Below are positions 55,424 to 63,920 of a stretch of 64,000 nucleotides of DNA, in pieces. The translations under genes and the position numbers were made by a program. This DNA is from Patescibacteria group bacterium. Its GTDB lineage: Bacteria; Patescibacteriota; Patescibacteriia; JAXHNJ01. Positions within the stretch are counted from its first letter, which is position 1; each line of letters begins with the position of its first letter. The notes under the pieces were generated by a model that had not been told where the DNA came from, searched no databases, and saw only the letters and a program-made list of their open reading frames with translations. The DNA lies in NCBI GenBank assembly GCA_034520665.1, contig JAXHNJ010000001.1:322579-386578 (forward strand), written 5' to 3'.

Positions 55424-56877
55424 TTTTAGAAAATAATAAAGAAAAAATAAAGGTCCGCTTTGCTCCTAGTCCGACCGGCGATCCGCATGTGGGTGGCATT
55501 AGAACGGCTCTTTTTAACTGGCTTTTAGCCCGCAAAGAAAAAGGCCAATTTATTTTACGTATTGAGGATACTGATCAGGAGAGGTATCAGGCTGACAGTG
55601 TGGAAAATATTAAGAAAAGTTTAGAGTGGCTCGGTTTAAACTGGGACGAGGGGCCTTATTTCCAATCAAAGCGTACCGAAAAATACCAGCAAGCGGCTCA
55701 GGAACTGATTAGTAAAGAAAAAGCTTATTATTGTTTTTGTTCTAAGCAAAGATTAGAGAAACTAAGAATCAGACAGGCTGAAAATAAAAAACCGCCCAAG
55801 TATGATAAACATTGTTTAAAATTATCACCGGACGAAATTAAAGAGAAAATTAACCAGGGTGAAAAATATGTTATCCGGTTAAAAATACCCGAGAAGGGGA
55901 CTACTGAATTTAAAGACTCAATCCGGGGGCGGGTAAAATTTGAAAACCAGGTTTTGGATGACACTATATTACTCAAGTCAGACGGCTTTCCCACTTATCA
56001 TCTAGCTAATGTAATTGATGATCATGACATGGGTATTACTCATGTCATCCGGGCTGAGGAATGGCTGCCCTCAACGCCTAAACACATTCTTTTATACCAG
56101 GCTTTAGGTTTTGAACCGCCCTGGTTTGCCCACTTGCCTTTGATCTTGGGTCGGGATAATAAGAAACTATCCAAGCGCCATGGCAGTGTTTCTATTTTAC
56201 AATATAAAGAAGACGGATATTTACCAGCGGCTATTCTTAATTTTCTAGCTTTTTTAGGTTGGAACCCAAAGACCGAAAAAGAATTTTTCTCAAGATCAGA
56301 ATTAATTGAAGCCTTTTCCCTGAATGGAGTTAATAAGTCCGGCGCTATTTTTAATCTGGATAAACTTAACTGGCTAAACGGTTATTATATCAGACAGATG
56401 GATCCGCAAGAATTAAAAAGAGTAGGGGAGCCCTTTTTAAAAAAAGAGTTTAAACAAATAGCTAATGAAAAAAATATTGACTTGGTCAAACTTTGGGAAA
56501 TGTCAGCCGATAGAATTAATACTCTCAAAGAAATAAATAAGCTTTGTGATTTTGTGTTTGAGCCAAAAGATTATTTGCCGGAGATTTTAATTCCCAGAAA
56601 ATCAAATAAAACCCAAGCTATAAAAAATCTTAAACTGGTAGAAAGTAAATTAAAAGATCTCTCCGAAAAAGATTTTAAAGCCGATTATTTAAGAGATTTA
56701 TTTTTAAATTATATAAAAGAAAATAATCTTAATACTGGTGAATTGCTTTGGCCTTTTCGGGTGGCTTTGTCCGGCAAAAGAGCCTCGCCAGATGTTTTTG
56801 ATATGTCTGAGCTTTTGGGTAAGGAATTGGTTTTAAAAAAAATAGATATGGCTATGGATAAGCTGAATATTCTCTAG
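55420..56877 (+). CDS. gltX: Glutamyl-tRNA synthetase
   Basis: VRFAPSPTGDPHVGGIRTALFNWL (HIGH), KLSKRHG (KMSKS), and the class I Glu/Gln-RS architecture. Confidence 0.9.
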   Translation: MILENNKEKIKVRFAPSPTGDPHVGGIRTALFNWLLARKEKGQFILRIEDTDQERYQADSVENIKKSLEWLGLNWDEGPYFQSKRTEKYQQAAQELISKEKAYYCFCSKQRLEKLRIRQAENKKPPKYDKHCLKLSPDEIKEKINQGEKYVIRLKIPEKGTTEFKDSIRGRVKFENQVLDDTILLKSDGFPTYHLANVIDDHDMGITHVIRAEEWLPSTPKHILLYQALGFEPPWFAHLPLILGRDNKKLSKRHGSVSILQYKEDGYLPAAILNFLAFLGWNPKTEKEFFSRSELIEAFSLNGVNKSGAIFNLDKLNWLNGYYIRQMDPQELKRVGEPFLKKEFKQIANEKNIDLVKLWEMSADRINTLKEINKLCDFVFEPKDYLPEILIPRKSNKTQAIKNLKLVESKLKDLSEKDFKADYLRDLFLNYIKENNLNTGELLWPFRVALSGKRASPDVFDMSELLGKELVLKKIDMAMDKLNIL

Positions 56878-56943
56878 GTTTTGATTTGTTATTTTATAAG
56901 TAAAGTTATTTGTCAAAAAAGCAAAAATTTGCTATAATTATAA

Positions 56944-58332
56944 GTGCGTATAAAATTGGCTAAAATTAGCAAAATGAGACAAAAACAAAAATTTGCTAAA
57001 ACAAAAACTAACCATAAATTAGGGGTAGTAGCTCTTATAATATTAGCTGCTTTTTTGTTTATACCCAGTGTTAGAGCTTTAAATATTAATTCTAAGGACT
57101 TGGTTTCTTCTTTAAACGAGCTGGAAGAGAGTGAAGAAATTAGTGAAGAAACTCAGGAATACATTGATGAAGTTAGTCAGGAAATATTTGAAAAAAGAGA
57201 GCGTATTTCTGAGATCAATCAGCAAAAAGAAATTTATCAGCAAAATGTTAAAGAAAAACAACAAGAAGCGACTTCCTTAAAAAAAGAAGTTAATGTTTTA
57301 GATAATCAGATTGAACTGACAAGCTTGGAAATTTCAAAAAAGGAAACTGAAATTGAAAAAATAAAGTTAGAGATGGAACAGATTCGCTCAGAGATTAAGG
57401 AAAAAGATGAAAAAATAAACAGCCAAAAAGACCAGATCTCTGCTTTAATCAGGCAGATTTTTAAAAACGACAAAAAAAGCTATTTGGAAATAGCCCTTTT
57501 AAATAAAAACTTTTCTGAATTTTATAATGAAGTTAAATATCTTGATTCTATCCAGAGCAATATTAAAGAAGAGCTTTACAAATTTAAGGAGCTCAAGCAT
57601 GACCTTAAGATTCAGGAAGAAAATTTAAGCGGTAAAAGAAATGAACTGGATGATTATAAGGCTGGTTTACAAAATGAAAAGTCTGATCTTTCCCAGCAAA
57701 TGGATTATCAAGAAATTTTACTAGATGAAACAATGAGTACTGAGGCTGAATACGAAGCACTTTTAGAAGAATTGAAAGAAGAAGCCCAACAGACCCAGAC
57801 AGAAATTTCCTCTCTGGAAAAAAGAGCTCGAGCTAAACTGGCTAAAGAAAATGGGGAAGAGTATTATGGTGAATTTTCCGGCATTTTAGCTTGGCCAACT
57901 GACTCCAGACGAATTACCTGCGGCTTTCATGGCGCTGGTTATCCTTATGAAAAATGGCTGGGACCACATGCTGGTATGGATATTGGGGTAAGCCAAGGTT
58001 CAAATGTTTACGCGGCTGGTGACGGTTATGTAGCTATTGCTAGGAAACTGGACTGGAAAGTGGATTCCTATGGCCATAAACGCCCGGCTTATAACTATAT
58101 AAATATTATTCACAATGACGAAATATCTACTGTTTACGGCCATCTCAGTCAGGTTTTAGTTACTGAAGGAGACTTTGTCACTAAAGGACAAGTGATCGGT
58201 AGAACCGGGGGATTGCCCGGCACGGCCGGAGCTGGCTCGTTTTCTACCGGAGCCCACTTGCATTTTGAAGTGCGCCAGGTTAATACTAATGGTATCCCAG
58301 TTCCTGTTGACCCAGCCGGTTATTTGTTTTAA
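56944..58332 (+). CDS. M23 family metallopeptidase with N-terminal coiled coil (EnvC-like)
   Basis: A signal/TM helix, a long coiled coil, and the C-terminal M23 motifs HAGMDIG and HLHFEVR. Confidence 0.75.
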   Translation: MRIKLAKISKMRQKQKFAKTKTNHKLGVVALIILAAFLFIPSVRALNINSKDLVSSLNELEESEEISEETQEYIDEVSQEIFEKRERISEINQQKEIYQQNVKEKQQEATSLKKEVNVLDNQIELTSLEISKKETEIEKIKLEMEQIRSEIKEKDEKINSQKDQISALIRQIFKNDKKSYLEIALLNKNFSEFYNEVKYLDSIQSNIKEELYKFKELKHDLKIQEENLSGKRNELDDYKAGLQNEKSDLSQQMDYQEILLDETMSTEAEYEALLEELKEEAQQTQTEISSLEKRARAKLAKENGEEYYGEFSGILAWPTDSRRITCGFHGAGYPYEKWLGPHAGMDIGVSQGSNVYAAGDGYVAIARKLDWKVDSYGHKRPAYNYINIIHNDEISTVYGHLSQVLVTEGDFVTKGQVIGRTGGLPGTAGAGSFSTGAHLHFEVRQVNTNGIPVPVDPAGYLF

Positions 58333-58370
58333 TATAATTACAAGCTATTTTAGCCAAAATATGCAAAAAA

Positions 58371-58400
58371 TAGGGCCCAACTCGGGCTCTATTTATTTTA
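58371..58400 (+). terminator. Intrinsic terminator of the M23 peptidase gene
   Basis: TAGGGCCC-aactc-GGGCTCTA followed by TTTATTTT. Confidence 0.55.
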
Positions 58401-58580
58401 AGGCTAATAGGTTTTAGGTGTGGCGGCGAGTCAGGTGGTTGGTTGTTAGGCTTAGAATAAAACCCATTGACTCAGCCTAATAACCAAACTAGCAGCTCGG
58501 CCCAAAACCCTTTTGTTTTAATGCTAATTGGTTATGGTTATAGCGGCTTCCGCCAAAGGCGGACAGGTGTAAGGTTTTGG
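58393..58580 (+). repeat. G/H-family repeat block 1 (about two ~70-90-bp units)
   Basis: TTTAAGGCTAATAGGTTTTAGGTGTGGCGGCGAGTCAGGTGGTTGGTTGTTAGGCTTAGAATAAAACC, followed by CATTGACTCAGCCTAATAACCAAACTAGCAGCTCGGCCCAAAACCC...TTTTAATGCTAATTGGTTATGGTTATAGCGGC. Homologous copies lie at 59161, 59431, 60349, 61031 and 61653. Confidence 0.6.
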
Positions 58581-58689
58581 TTTGGGTCTTGGAAATTTTT
58601 GTTTATAAAATCTAATATAATAATCTCTCCATTCATTTGCCTATGGCAACCTCAGCCTAAATGGTGCGAGACTATAATAATTTCAACCT

Positions 58690-58805
58690 ACCTGGCGCCG
58701 GATTTATCCGGCGAGACATTCTTGACCAAAAATGATAATTATGATAAAAAGAAAGACTATTGAAACTTGTACCTTGCAATTTGTTTTTTAAAAAGGAGGA
58801 CCAAA
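58690..58805 (+). promoter_or_regulatory. Conserved upstream module of small-membrane-protein paralog 1 (hairpin GGCGCCGGA-TTTA-TCCGGCG, TTGACC/TATGAT region, AAAAAGGAGGA RBS)
   Basis: ~90% identical to 61121-61229 and to 60539-60604. Confidence 0.5.
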
Positions 58806-59129
58806 TTGGAAACTCTTTATAATTTGTGGTGGGTATATCTGGCTATATCCTTGGGTATTACTTTTAGTCTTTTCAAAGGGGTTATAAAAGTAAATGGTGA
58901 AATTAGAAAAAATCAGCCATTACTTATAGCTTTGGCAATTATGTTTCAGATTTTCGGCTATTTAAGTATCATAAAAAAAATACCAGAACAGTTTCTAGAA
59001 ATTAATTCTATACATCTTTTAGTCGTTCTATTTATTGGTTTATGGCTATTATGCTATAATATATTTTTTAAAAGAACTAAGCCAAAAAAAGAGTTGTCAA
59101 ATAAGGACTGCGAAAAAAATAAATTATAA
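58806..59129 (+). CDS. Small integral membrane protein, paralog 1 (TTG start; family N-terminus ETLYNLWWVYLAIS)
   Basis: RBS AAAAGGAGGA 5 nt before the TTG. 3-4 TM helices. Two paralogs lie nearby. Confidence 0.5.
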   Translation: METLYNLWWVYLAISLGITFSLFKGVIKVNGEIRKNQPLLIALAIMFQIFGYLSIIKKIPEQFLEINSIHLLVVLFIGLWLLCYNIFFKRTKPKKELSNKDCEKNKL

Positions 59130-59160
59130 TCAGAAGACAAAACATTCCAAAACCCTTTGT

Positions 59161-59225
59161 TTTGCTAATAGGTTTTAGGTGTGGCGGCGGGTCAGGTTTT
59201 GGTGGTTAGGTTTAGAATAAAAAGC
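59161..59225 (+). repeat. G-family repeat, copy 2
   Basis: TTTGCTAATAGGTTTTAGGTGTGGCGGCGGGTCAGGTTTTGGTGGTTAGGTTTAGAATAAAAAGCC. Confidence 0.55.
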
Positions 59226-59243
59226 CATGTGGATAAGTTATTC

Positions 59244-59271
59244 TTGACAAAAATTTAGGCTCTGATATGAT
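59244..59271 (+). promoter_or_regulatory. Sigma70-like promoter (TTGACA-16-TATGAT) of the candidate sRNA
   Basis: Perfect -35 box and a good -10 box. No ORF follows. Confidence 0.5.
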
Positions 59272-59277
59272 ATTAAT

Positions 59278-59428
59278 AACTTCACATTATAAGGAGTCTA
59301 TCCGGTACCACTGACCTTATGTCAGTATTCTCTAATCACATATCTTAAAAGTTGTACCACTCCTTATAAATCGCCCTTTCTTACCCATACCCGAGCCCTC
59401 GTCACCTGACGACGGGCTCCTTTTTTTT
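59278..59428 (+). ncRNA. Candidate small RNA (~150 nt) bounded by a promoter and an intrinsic terminator
   Basis: Long-range stem ATAAGGAGT...ACTCCTTAT. Internal hairpin ACTGAC-cttat-GTCAGT. Terminator GAGCCCTCGTC-acctg-GACGACGGGCTC plus T8. The longest ORF is 9 aa. Confidence 0.45.
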
Positions 59429-59430
59429 AT

Positions 59431-59590
59431 TTGATGCTATTAGGTTTTGGTGTGGCGGCTAGTAAGGTTTGGGTGGTTGGGCTTGGAATATAAAACCATT
59501 GACTCAGCCTAATAACCAAACTAGCGGCTCAGCCCAAAACCCTTTGTTTTGCTAATTGGTTATGGTTATAGCAGCTGGTAAGGTTTTGGT
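59431..59590 (+). repeat. G/H-family repeat block 3
   Basis: TTGATGCTATTAGGTTTTGGTGTGGCGGCTAGTAAGGTTTGGGTGGTTGGGCTTGGAATATAAAACCATTGACTCAGCCTAATAACCAAACTAGCGGCTCAGCCCAAAACCC...GCTAATTGGTTATGGTTATAGCAGCTGG. Confidence 0.55.
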
Positions 59591-59697
59591 TTAGATCCTG
59601 GAATGTGTTATGATGGTCTTTCTTGATTCAAAAAGCTAAGTGGCTTAAAATTAGGGAGTATTAACTAAATAGTCTTTAATAAGACTAGTAATTAAAT

Positions 59698-60267
59698 ATG
59701 CCAGAAATAATTTGTTCAAATAATAAAAAAATAGCCTACACACTCAAAAAAAGTAAGAGAGCCAAAAAAATGAGGTTATCTGTTAAGCTTGATGGTTCGG
59801 TGGTGATAGTTATACCTCATAGATTTAAAGAAAAAAAGGCGGAAAAGTTTATCAAAGAAAAAAGTGATTGGGTTATTTCAAAAAAAGAATTGGTTAAACA
59901 ATTCAAGGGAAACACAATTTGTCGTTACACTAAAAAAGATTATTTAAGGCATAAAGATCGGGCCCACAAACTGGTTGGTATTCGGGTTGATTATTTTGAT
60001 AAATTATATAATTTTAATTATCAAAAAATTACCATTAGAAACCAAAAAACCCGGTGGGGGAGTTGCTCCAAAAAAGGGAACTTGAGTTTTAATTATAAAA
60101 TTATATTTTTGCCCCCACGATACTTAGATTATATTATTTACCACGAACTCTGTCATCTCAAAGAATTTAATCACTCTCTTAAATTTTGGCATTTAGTAGA
60201 AACGGTTTTCCCGGATTATAAAGCCATAAAAAAAGCATTAAAGAAATACCACTTAAGTTTGGGTTAA
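59698..60267 (+). CDS. YgjP-like zinc metallohydrolase (DUF45/WLM, HExxH)
   Basis: C-terminal YIIYHELCHLKEFNHS (HELxH), plus the size and architecture of the YgjP family. Confidence 0.65.
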   Translation: MPEIICSNNKKIAYTLKKSKRAKKMRLSVKLDGSVVIVIPHRFKEKKAEKFIKEKSDWVISKKELVKQFKGNTICRYTKKDYLRHKDRAHKLVGIRVDYFDKLYNFNYQKITIRNQKTRWGSCSKKGNLSFNYKIIFLPPRYLDYIIYHELCHLKEFNHSLKFWHLVETVFPDYKAIKKALKKYHLSLG

Positions 60268-60348
60268 GTATATTCTAATTTTTTTTGTAATAAAAAAAAG
60301 AGGTATTTATTAGGATTACTTTAGGTGGCTTTTAAAAGCTTCTTTTTT

Positions 60349-60455
60349 TGTTTTAATGCTAATAGGTTATGGTTATAGCAGCTGGTAAGGTTAAAAGGTT
60401 TAGGCTTAGAATAAAACCCATTGACTCAGCCTAGTAACCAAACTAGCAGCTCGGG
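60349..60455 (+). repeat. G/H-family repeat block 4 (variant)
   Basis: TTTTAATGCTAATAGGTTATGGTTATAGCAGCTGGTAAGG...GGCTTAGAATAAAACCCATTGACTCAGCCTAGTAACCAAACTAGCAGCTCGGGG. Confidence 0.5.
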
Positions 60456-60604
60456 GCAGGCAGAGTGAAGAAATCCTTATTTAAAAATATACTAATATAT
60501 TTTTTTAAAATTATATTTTTTGATATTGACGAAAACCGTTAGTTATGATAAAAAGAAAGACTATTGTACCTTGTAAATTTGTTTTTTAAAAAAGGAGGAT
60601 TGAA

Positions 60605-60982
60605 ATGGCAGCTCTTTATAATTTATGGTGGGTCCACTTTCTCTTGGCCGCGGGTATTATTATATTTATTTATGATGAATCAGGAATTACGTATAATCTC
60701 AAATTTTTTATAGCTCTTATAATCGGATTCATTATAGAAATATTTGGCATCATAAGTTTTTTGTCTGTTGTTACTATTAGTGAGTTTCTTATGAGAAGAA
60801 TTTATTCGGCGTTCATATTACTGGCTATAGCTGGTTATTTATATCTACTTATAAATTATCTTAAATTATTCATAGATGTGAAGGTTCATAAAGAAGTGAA
60901 TAGGAGAATTAGTCCAAAGACCCAAAATTTATGTTTGTATCTCACAATAATAGGCCTCGCTGTTCTCTTAGTTATTGGCTGA
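60605..60982 (+). CDS. Small integral membrane protein, paralog 2 (MAALYNLWWVHF...)
   Basis: AAAAAAGGAGGA RBS. Shares the N-terminus and TM layout with paralogs 1 and 3. More divergent. Confidence 0.5.
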   Translation: MAALYNLWWVHFLLAAGIIIFIYDESGITYNLKFFIALIIGFIIEIFGIISFLSVVTISEFLMRRIYSAFILLAIAGYLYLLINYLKLFIDVKVHKEVNRRISPKTQNLCLYLTIIGLAVLLVIG

Positions 60983-61001
60983 AAAAAAGAACATTTAATA
61001 A

Positions 61002-61035
61002 AGCAGGTAAAAGATAATTAGCCTGCTTTTTTTTA
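61002..61035 (+). terminator. Intrinsic terminator
   Basis: AGCAGG-taaaagataatta-CCTGCT followed by TTTTTTTT. Confidence 0.55.
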
Positions 61036-61100
61036 TTTAAGGCTAATAGGTTTTAGTCGTAGCGGCGGGTCAGGTTTTTGGTTGTTAGATTTAGAATGAA
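61031..61100 (+). repeat. G-family repeat, copy 5
   Basis: TTTATTTAAGGCTAATAGGTTTTAGTCGTAGCGGCGGGTCAGGTTTTTGGTTGTTAGATTTAGAATGAAAAAACC. Confidence 0.55.
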
Positions 61101-61120
61101 AAAACCAAACGAGGCAAACA

Positions 61121-61229
61121 ACCTGGCGCCGGATTTATCCGGCGAGAAATTCTTGACCAAAAATAATAATTATGATAAAAAGAAAGACTATTGTTCCTTG
61201 TAAATTGTTTTTTAAAAAGGAGGACCAAA
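61121..61229 (+). promoter_or_regulatory. Conserved upstream module of paralog 3 (same hairpin, promoter and RBS as 58690-58805)
   Basis: ACCTGGCGCCGGATTTATCCGGCGAGAAATTCTTGACCAAAAATAATAATTATGATAAAAAGAAAGACTATTG...AAAAAGGAGGACCAAATTG. Confidence 0.5.
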
Positions 61230-61616
61230 TTGGAAACTCTTTATAATTTGTGGTGGGTCTACTTGGCTATATCAATTGGTATTATGAGCAGTCTTTACAG
61301 AGGGATAATAAGAGTAAAAGGTGAATTTAGAGACCGACAAACAGCTCTGTTTGCTTTAGCTTTTGCTTTTCAAATTCTTGGCTATTTGTGTATCACCAAA
61401 AAAATACCAGAACATTTGTCGGTTATAAACTTTCTAAATGTCTTGGCTATTCTATTTTATATTTTATGGTTTATCTACCATGTATTATTTAGAAGAAGTA
61501 ATTTTAATTATAAAATACGAGCTGAGCTTAATAATTACGCAAGTAAAACATTTTTTCCGCTCTGGTTGACTCTAATAGTTCTAATGGGGGCTATAACAAT
61601 CTACCATTTGCTATAG
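61230..61616 (+). CDS. Small integral membrane protein, paralog 3 (TTG start)
   Basis: ~60% identical to paralog 1 over the first 90 aa. RBS-supported TTG. Confidence 0.5.
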   Translation: METLYNLWWVYLAISIGIMSSLYRGIIRVKGEFRDRQTALFALAFAFQILGYLCITKKIPEHLSVINFLNVLAILFYILWFIYHVLFRRSNFNYKIRAELNNYASKTFFPLWLTLIVLMGAITIYHLL

Positions 61617-61625
61617 TTCCGATCG

Positions 61626-61657
61626 GCAGGCCAAATTCCCACGGCCTGCTTTTTTTT
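61626..61657 (+). terminator. Intrinsic terminator
   Basis: GCAGGCC-aaattcccac-GGCCTGC followed by TTTTTTTT. Confidence 0.6.
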
Positions 61658-61720
61658 ATTTAAGGCTAATAGGTTTTGGGCGTAGCGGCGGGTCAGGTTT
61701 TAGTTGTTGGGTTTAGAGAT
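61653..61720 (+). repeat. G-family repeat, copy 6
   Basis: TTTATTTAAGGCTAATAGGTTTTGGGCGTAGCGGCGGGTCAGGTTTTAGTTGTTGGGTTTAGAG. Confidence 0.55.
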
Positions 61721-62038
61721 CTTGAAAGAAACTTTTTCCAGTATGGCGACGAGCTTGACCTAAAAAAGGCCGGGGCTATTAGTCGTAATAATATCTGTTA
61801 TCTTGCTATTTGCCTTGAAGATGGCACAACTGCCTTTCCCGCTTCGCCCTAGTGGTTTGAGGGTTAAAACCGGTCAAAATAGACCTTCCGACCATAATAT
61901 AAAATAATTGCATTTTTATCAATCAATTTGATCTTTTCTTAACGGAGGTTTGACACCTTACGTTTTTTTATATAATCCTTGCTTAATGTGATAATTAAAG
62001 GTAAATTTAATAAATAATAAAAAAATAATTTAAATATT

Positions 62039-63280
62039 TTGAAACAAAAGAGAGCTTTAGAGATTTTAAAAAAAGGACATAATGTTCTTCTGACCGGCGC
62101 CGCCGGAAGTGGGAAAACTTTTGTTTTGAACAAGTTTATTAGACACTTAAGGAAAAAAGAAATTAGCGGGGCTATTACCGCTTCAACCGGTATCGCGGCC
62201 ACCCATATTAATGGCCGAACAATTCACTCTTGGGCGGGCCTGGGTATTAATCATAGTTTTCCCGATAAAGTGATAAAAAAAATTATTAGAAATAAAAAAA
62301 TAAGAAAAAATATTAGGCAAACCAAAACTCTTATTATTGACGAAATTTCAATGCTTAATGATTATCACTTAGATATTATTGACCATATTTGTAAAGCGAT
62401 CAAACAAAGCTTAAAACCTTTCGGCGGGATTCAAATTGTCCTGAGTGGTGATTTTTTTCAACTTCCTCCGATTAGTGTCAGCCGAGGGGAGGGGAGTTTC
62501 GTTAATGAGGCTGTCATCTGGAATAATATGAATCTTAAAGTTTGTTATCTAACCGAGCAACACCGGCAAGCTGACAAAAAATATCTTAAGTTTTTGAATG
62601 ATATGCGTTCAAACAATATTTCAAAATCAACCAAAGATATTGTTCTTACTCGTCTTAATAAAAAAATTACAAACAAACTAACCGCGACTAAACTATACAC
62701 TCATAACTTTGACGTTGATACTCAAAATAATAATGAGCTTAAAAAGATTAAGAAAAAAGCCTATGGTTATGAAATGAAAGAAAAAGGACAGGCTAAATTA
62801 ATTAAAACTTTAAAAAAGAATTGTCTCTCTCCGGAATACCTTATTTTAAAAAAGGGGGCGATAGTTATGTTTGTAAAAAATAATCTAGATAAAGGTTATG
62901 TTAATGGCACGCTTGGGCAGGTGATCAGTTTTAATGAAGGTTTTCCGGTCGTAAAAACGCTTCATGGTAAGAGGGTACTAGCCAAACCGACTCGTTGGAT
63001 TGTGGAAGAAGATAATAAAGAATTAGCCAGTATTCACCAAATCCCCCTGCGTCTGGCCTGGGCCATAACTGTCCATAAGTGCCAGGGAATGACCTTAGAT
63101 CTCGCTGAGATAGACCTGAGCGCCTCTTTTACGCCTGGAATGGGTTATGTGGCTCTGTCACGACTAAGAAAGCTAAGTGGGCTAAAACTGGTCGGTATTA
63201 ACGAAATGGCTTTTGCGGTCAGTGAAAATGCGGTTAAACTGGACAAAGAATTGGCTAAAATGTCTCAGGAGAACGAGTAA
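62039..63280 (+). CDS. Pif1/RecD-like (AAA_30 + UvrD_C_2) ATP-dependent DNA helicase
   Basis: Walker A LLTGAAGSGKTF, Walker B IIDEISML, and the C-terminal ITVHKCQGMTLD signature of the Pif1/RecD/TraA family. TTG start with no clear RBS. Confidence 0.7.
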   Translation: MKQKRALEILKKGHNVLLTGAAGSGKTFVLNKFIRHLRKKEISGAITASTGIAATHINGRTIHSWAGLGINHSFPDKVIKKIIRNKKIRKNIRQTKTLIIDEISMLNDYHLDIIDHICKAIKQSLKPFGGIQIVLSGDFFQLPPISVSRGEGSFVNEAVIWNNMNLKVCYLTEQHRQADKKYLKFLNDMRSNNISKSTKDIVLTRLNKKITNKLTATKLYTHNFDVDTQNNNELKKIKKKAYGYEMKEKGQAKLIKTLKKNCLSPEYLILKKGAIVMFVKNNLDKGYVNGTLGQVISFNEGFPVVKTLHGKRVLAKPTRWIVEEDNKELASIHQIPLRLAWAITVHKCQGMTLDLAEIDLSASFTPGMGYVALSRLRKLSGLKLVGINEMAFAVSENAVKLDKELAKMSQENE

Positions 63281-63413
63281 ATTAGCCCTTGCCAACTTTG
63301 GAGCTGGGAGGTAGATTTAAGGGTAGGGGAGACTTAAGCCTCCATTACCTTTCAGTTAGTTTTGATCAGATTTTGGATGAGGTGGAGGGGTGGAGTAATA
63401 ATTAAAAAATCAT

Positions 63414-63920
63414 ATGACTTTATCACCTGAAGAAAAACAAAAAATTTCTGAAGAAGAGAAATATCGCTCTGAACAGAGAAAAAAACATGAAAAAAAGAAG
63501 AAGAGTAGCAGCGCAATAGGCTGTTTGGTAATTATTATAATTTTAGTAATTGTGGGATTTGTTTCATGTAGTGGAGACAATGATCAAAATAATAGTACAT
63601 CCACCACAACTACAACCACATCGGATTCAATGGCATTTGTTATTGCCAAGGGTTTTGTGAGGGATTCTCTTAAGTCTCCTTCGAGTGCTGATTTTCCAAT
63701 CTTAGATTTTGTAAGTACATCTCTTGGAGAAAATCGATACCAGGTAACATCACATGTTGATGCAGAAAATAGTTTTGGGGTTATGATTCGGAGTGATTGG
63801 GTTGCCACTCTTAAATATTTAGAAGGAGATGACGCAGATCAAAATAACTGGGAACTTGAAAAGCTTATAATTGACGATGAAACAATTTATGAATCATTAA
63901 CTAATGATTTAGTAGAATAA
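63414..63920 (+). CDS. Membrane-anchored hypothetical protein (basic N-terminus, one TM helix, Thr-rich linker, ~100-aa extracytoplasmic domain)
   Basis: Hydrophobic segment LVIIIILVIVGFV, then STSTTTTTTS, then a folded domain. No family recognised. Confidence 0.4.
   Translation: MTLSPEEKQKISEEEKYRSEQRKKHEKKKKSSSAIGCLVIIIILVIVGFVSCSGDNDQNNSTSTTTTTTSDSMAFVIAKGFVRDSLKSPSSADFPILDFVSTSLGENRYQVTSHVDAENSFGVMIRSDWVATLKYLEGDDADQNNWELEKLIIDDETIYESLTNDLVE

Noticed and set aside
58467-58763. ORF 58467..58763 (+, 98 aa)
   Set aside because: It is composed of the G/H repeat units (low-complexity translation MTQPNNQTSSSAQNPFVLMLIGYGYSGFRQRR...). It has no RBS and is not conserved between repeat copies in frame.
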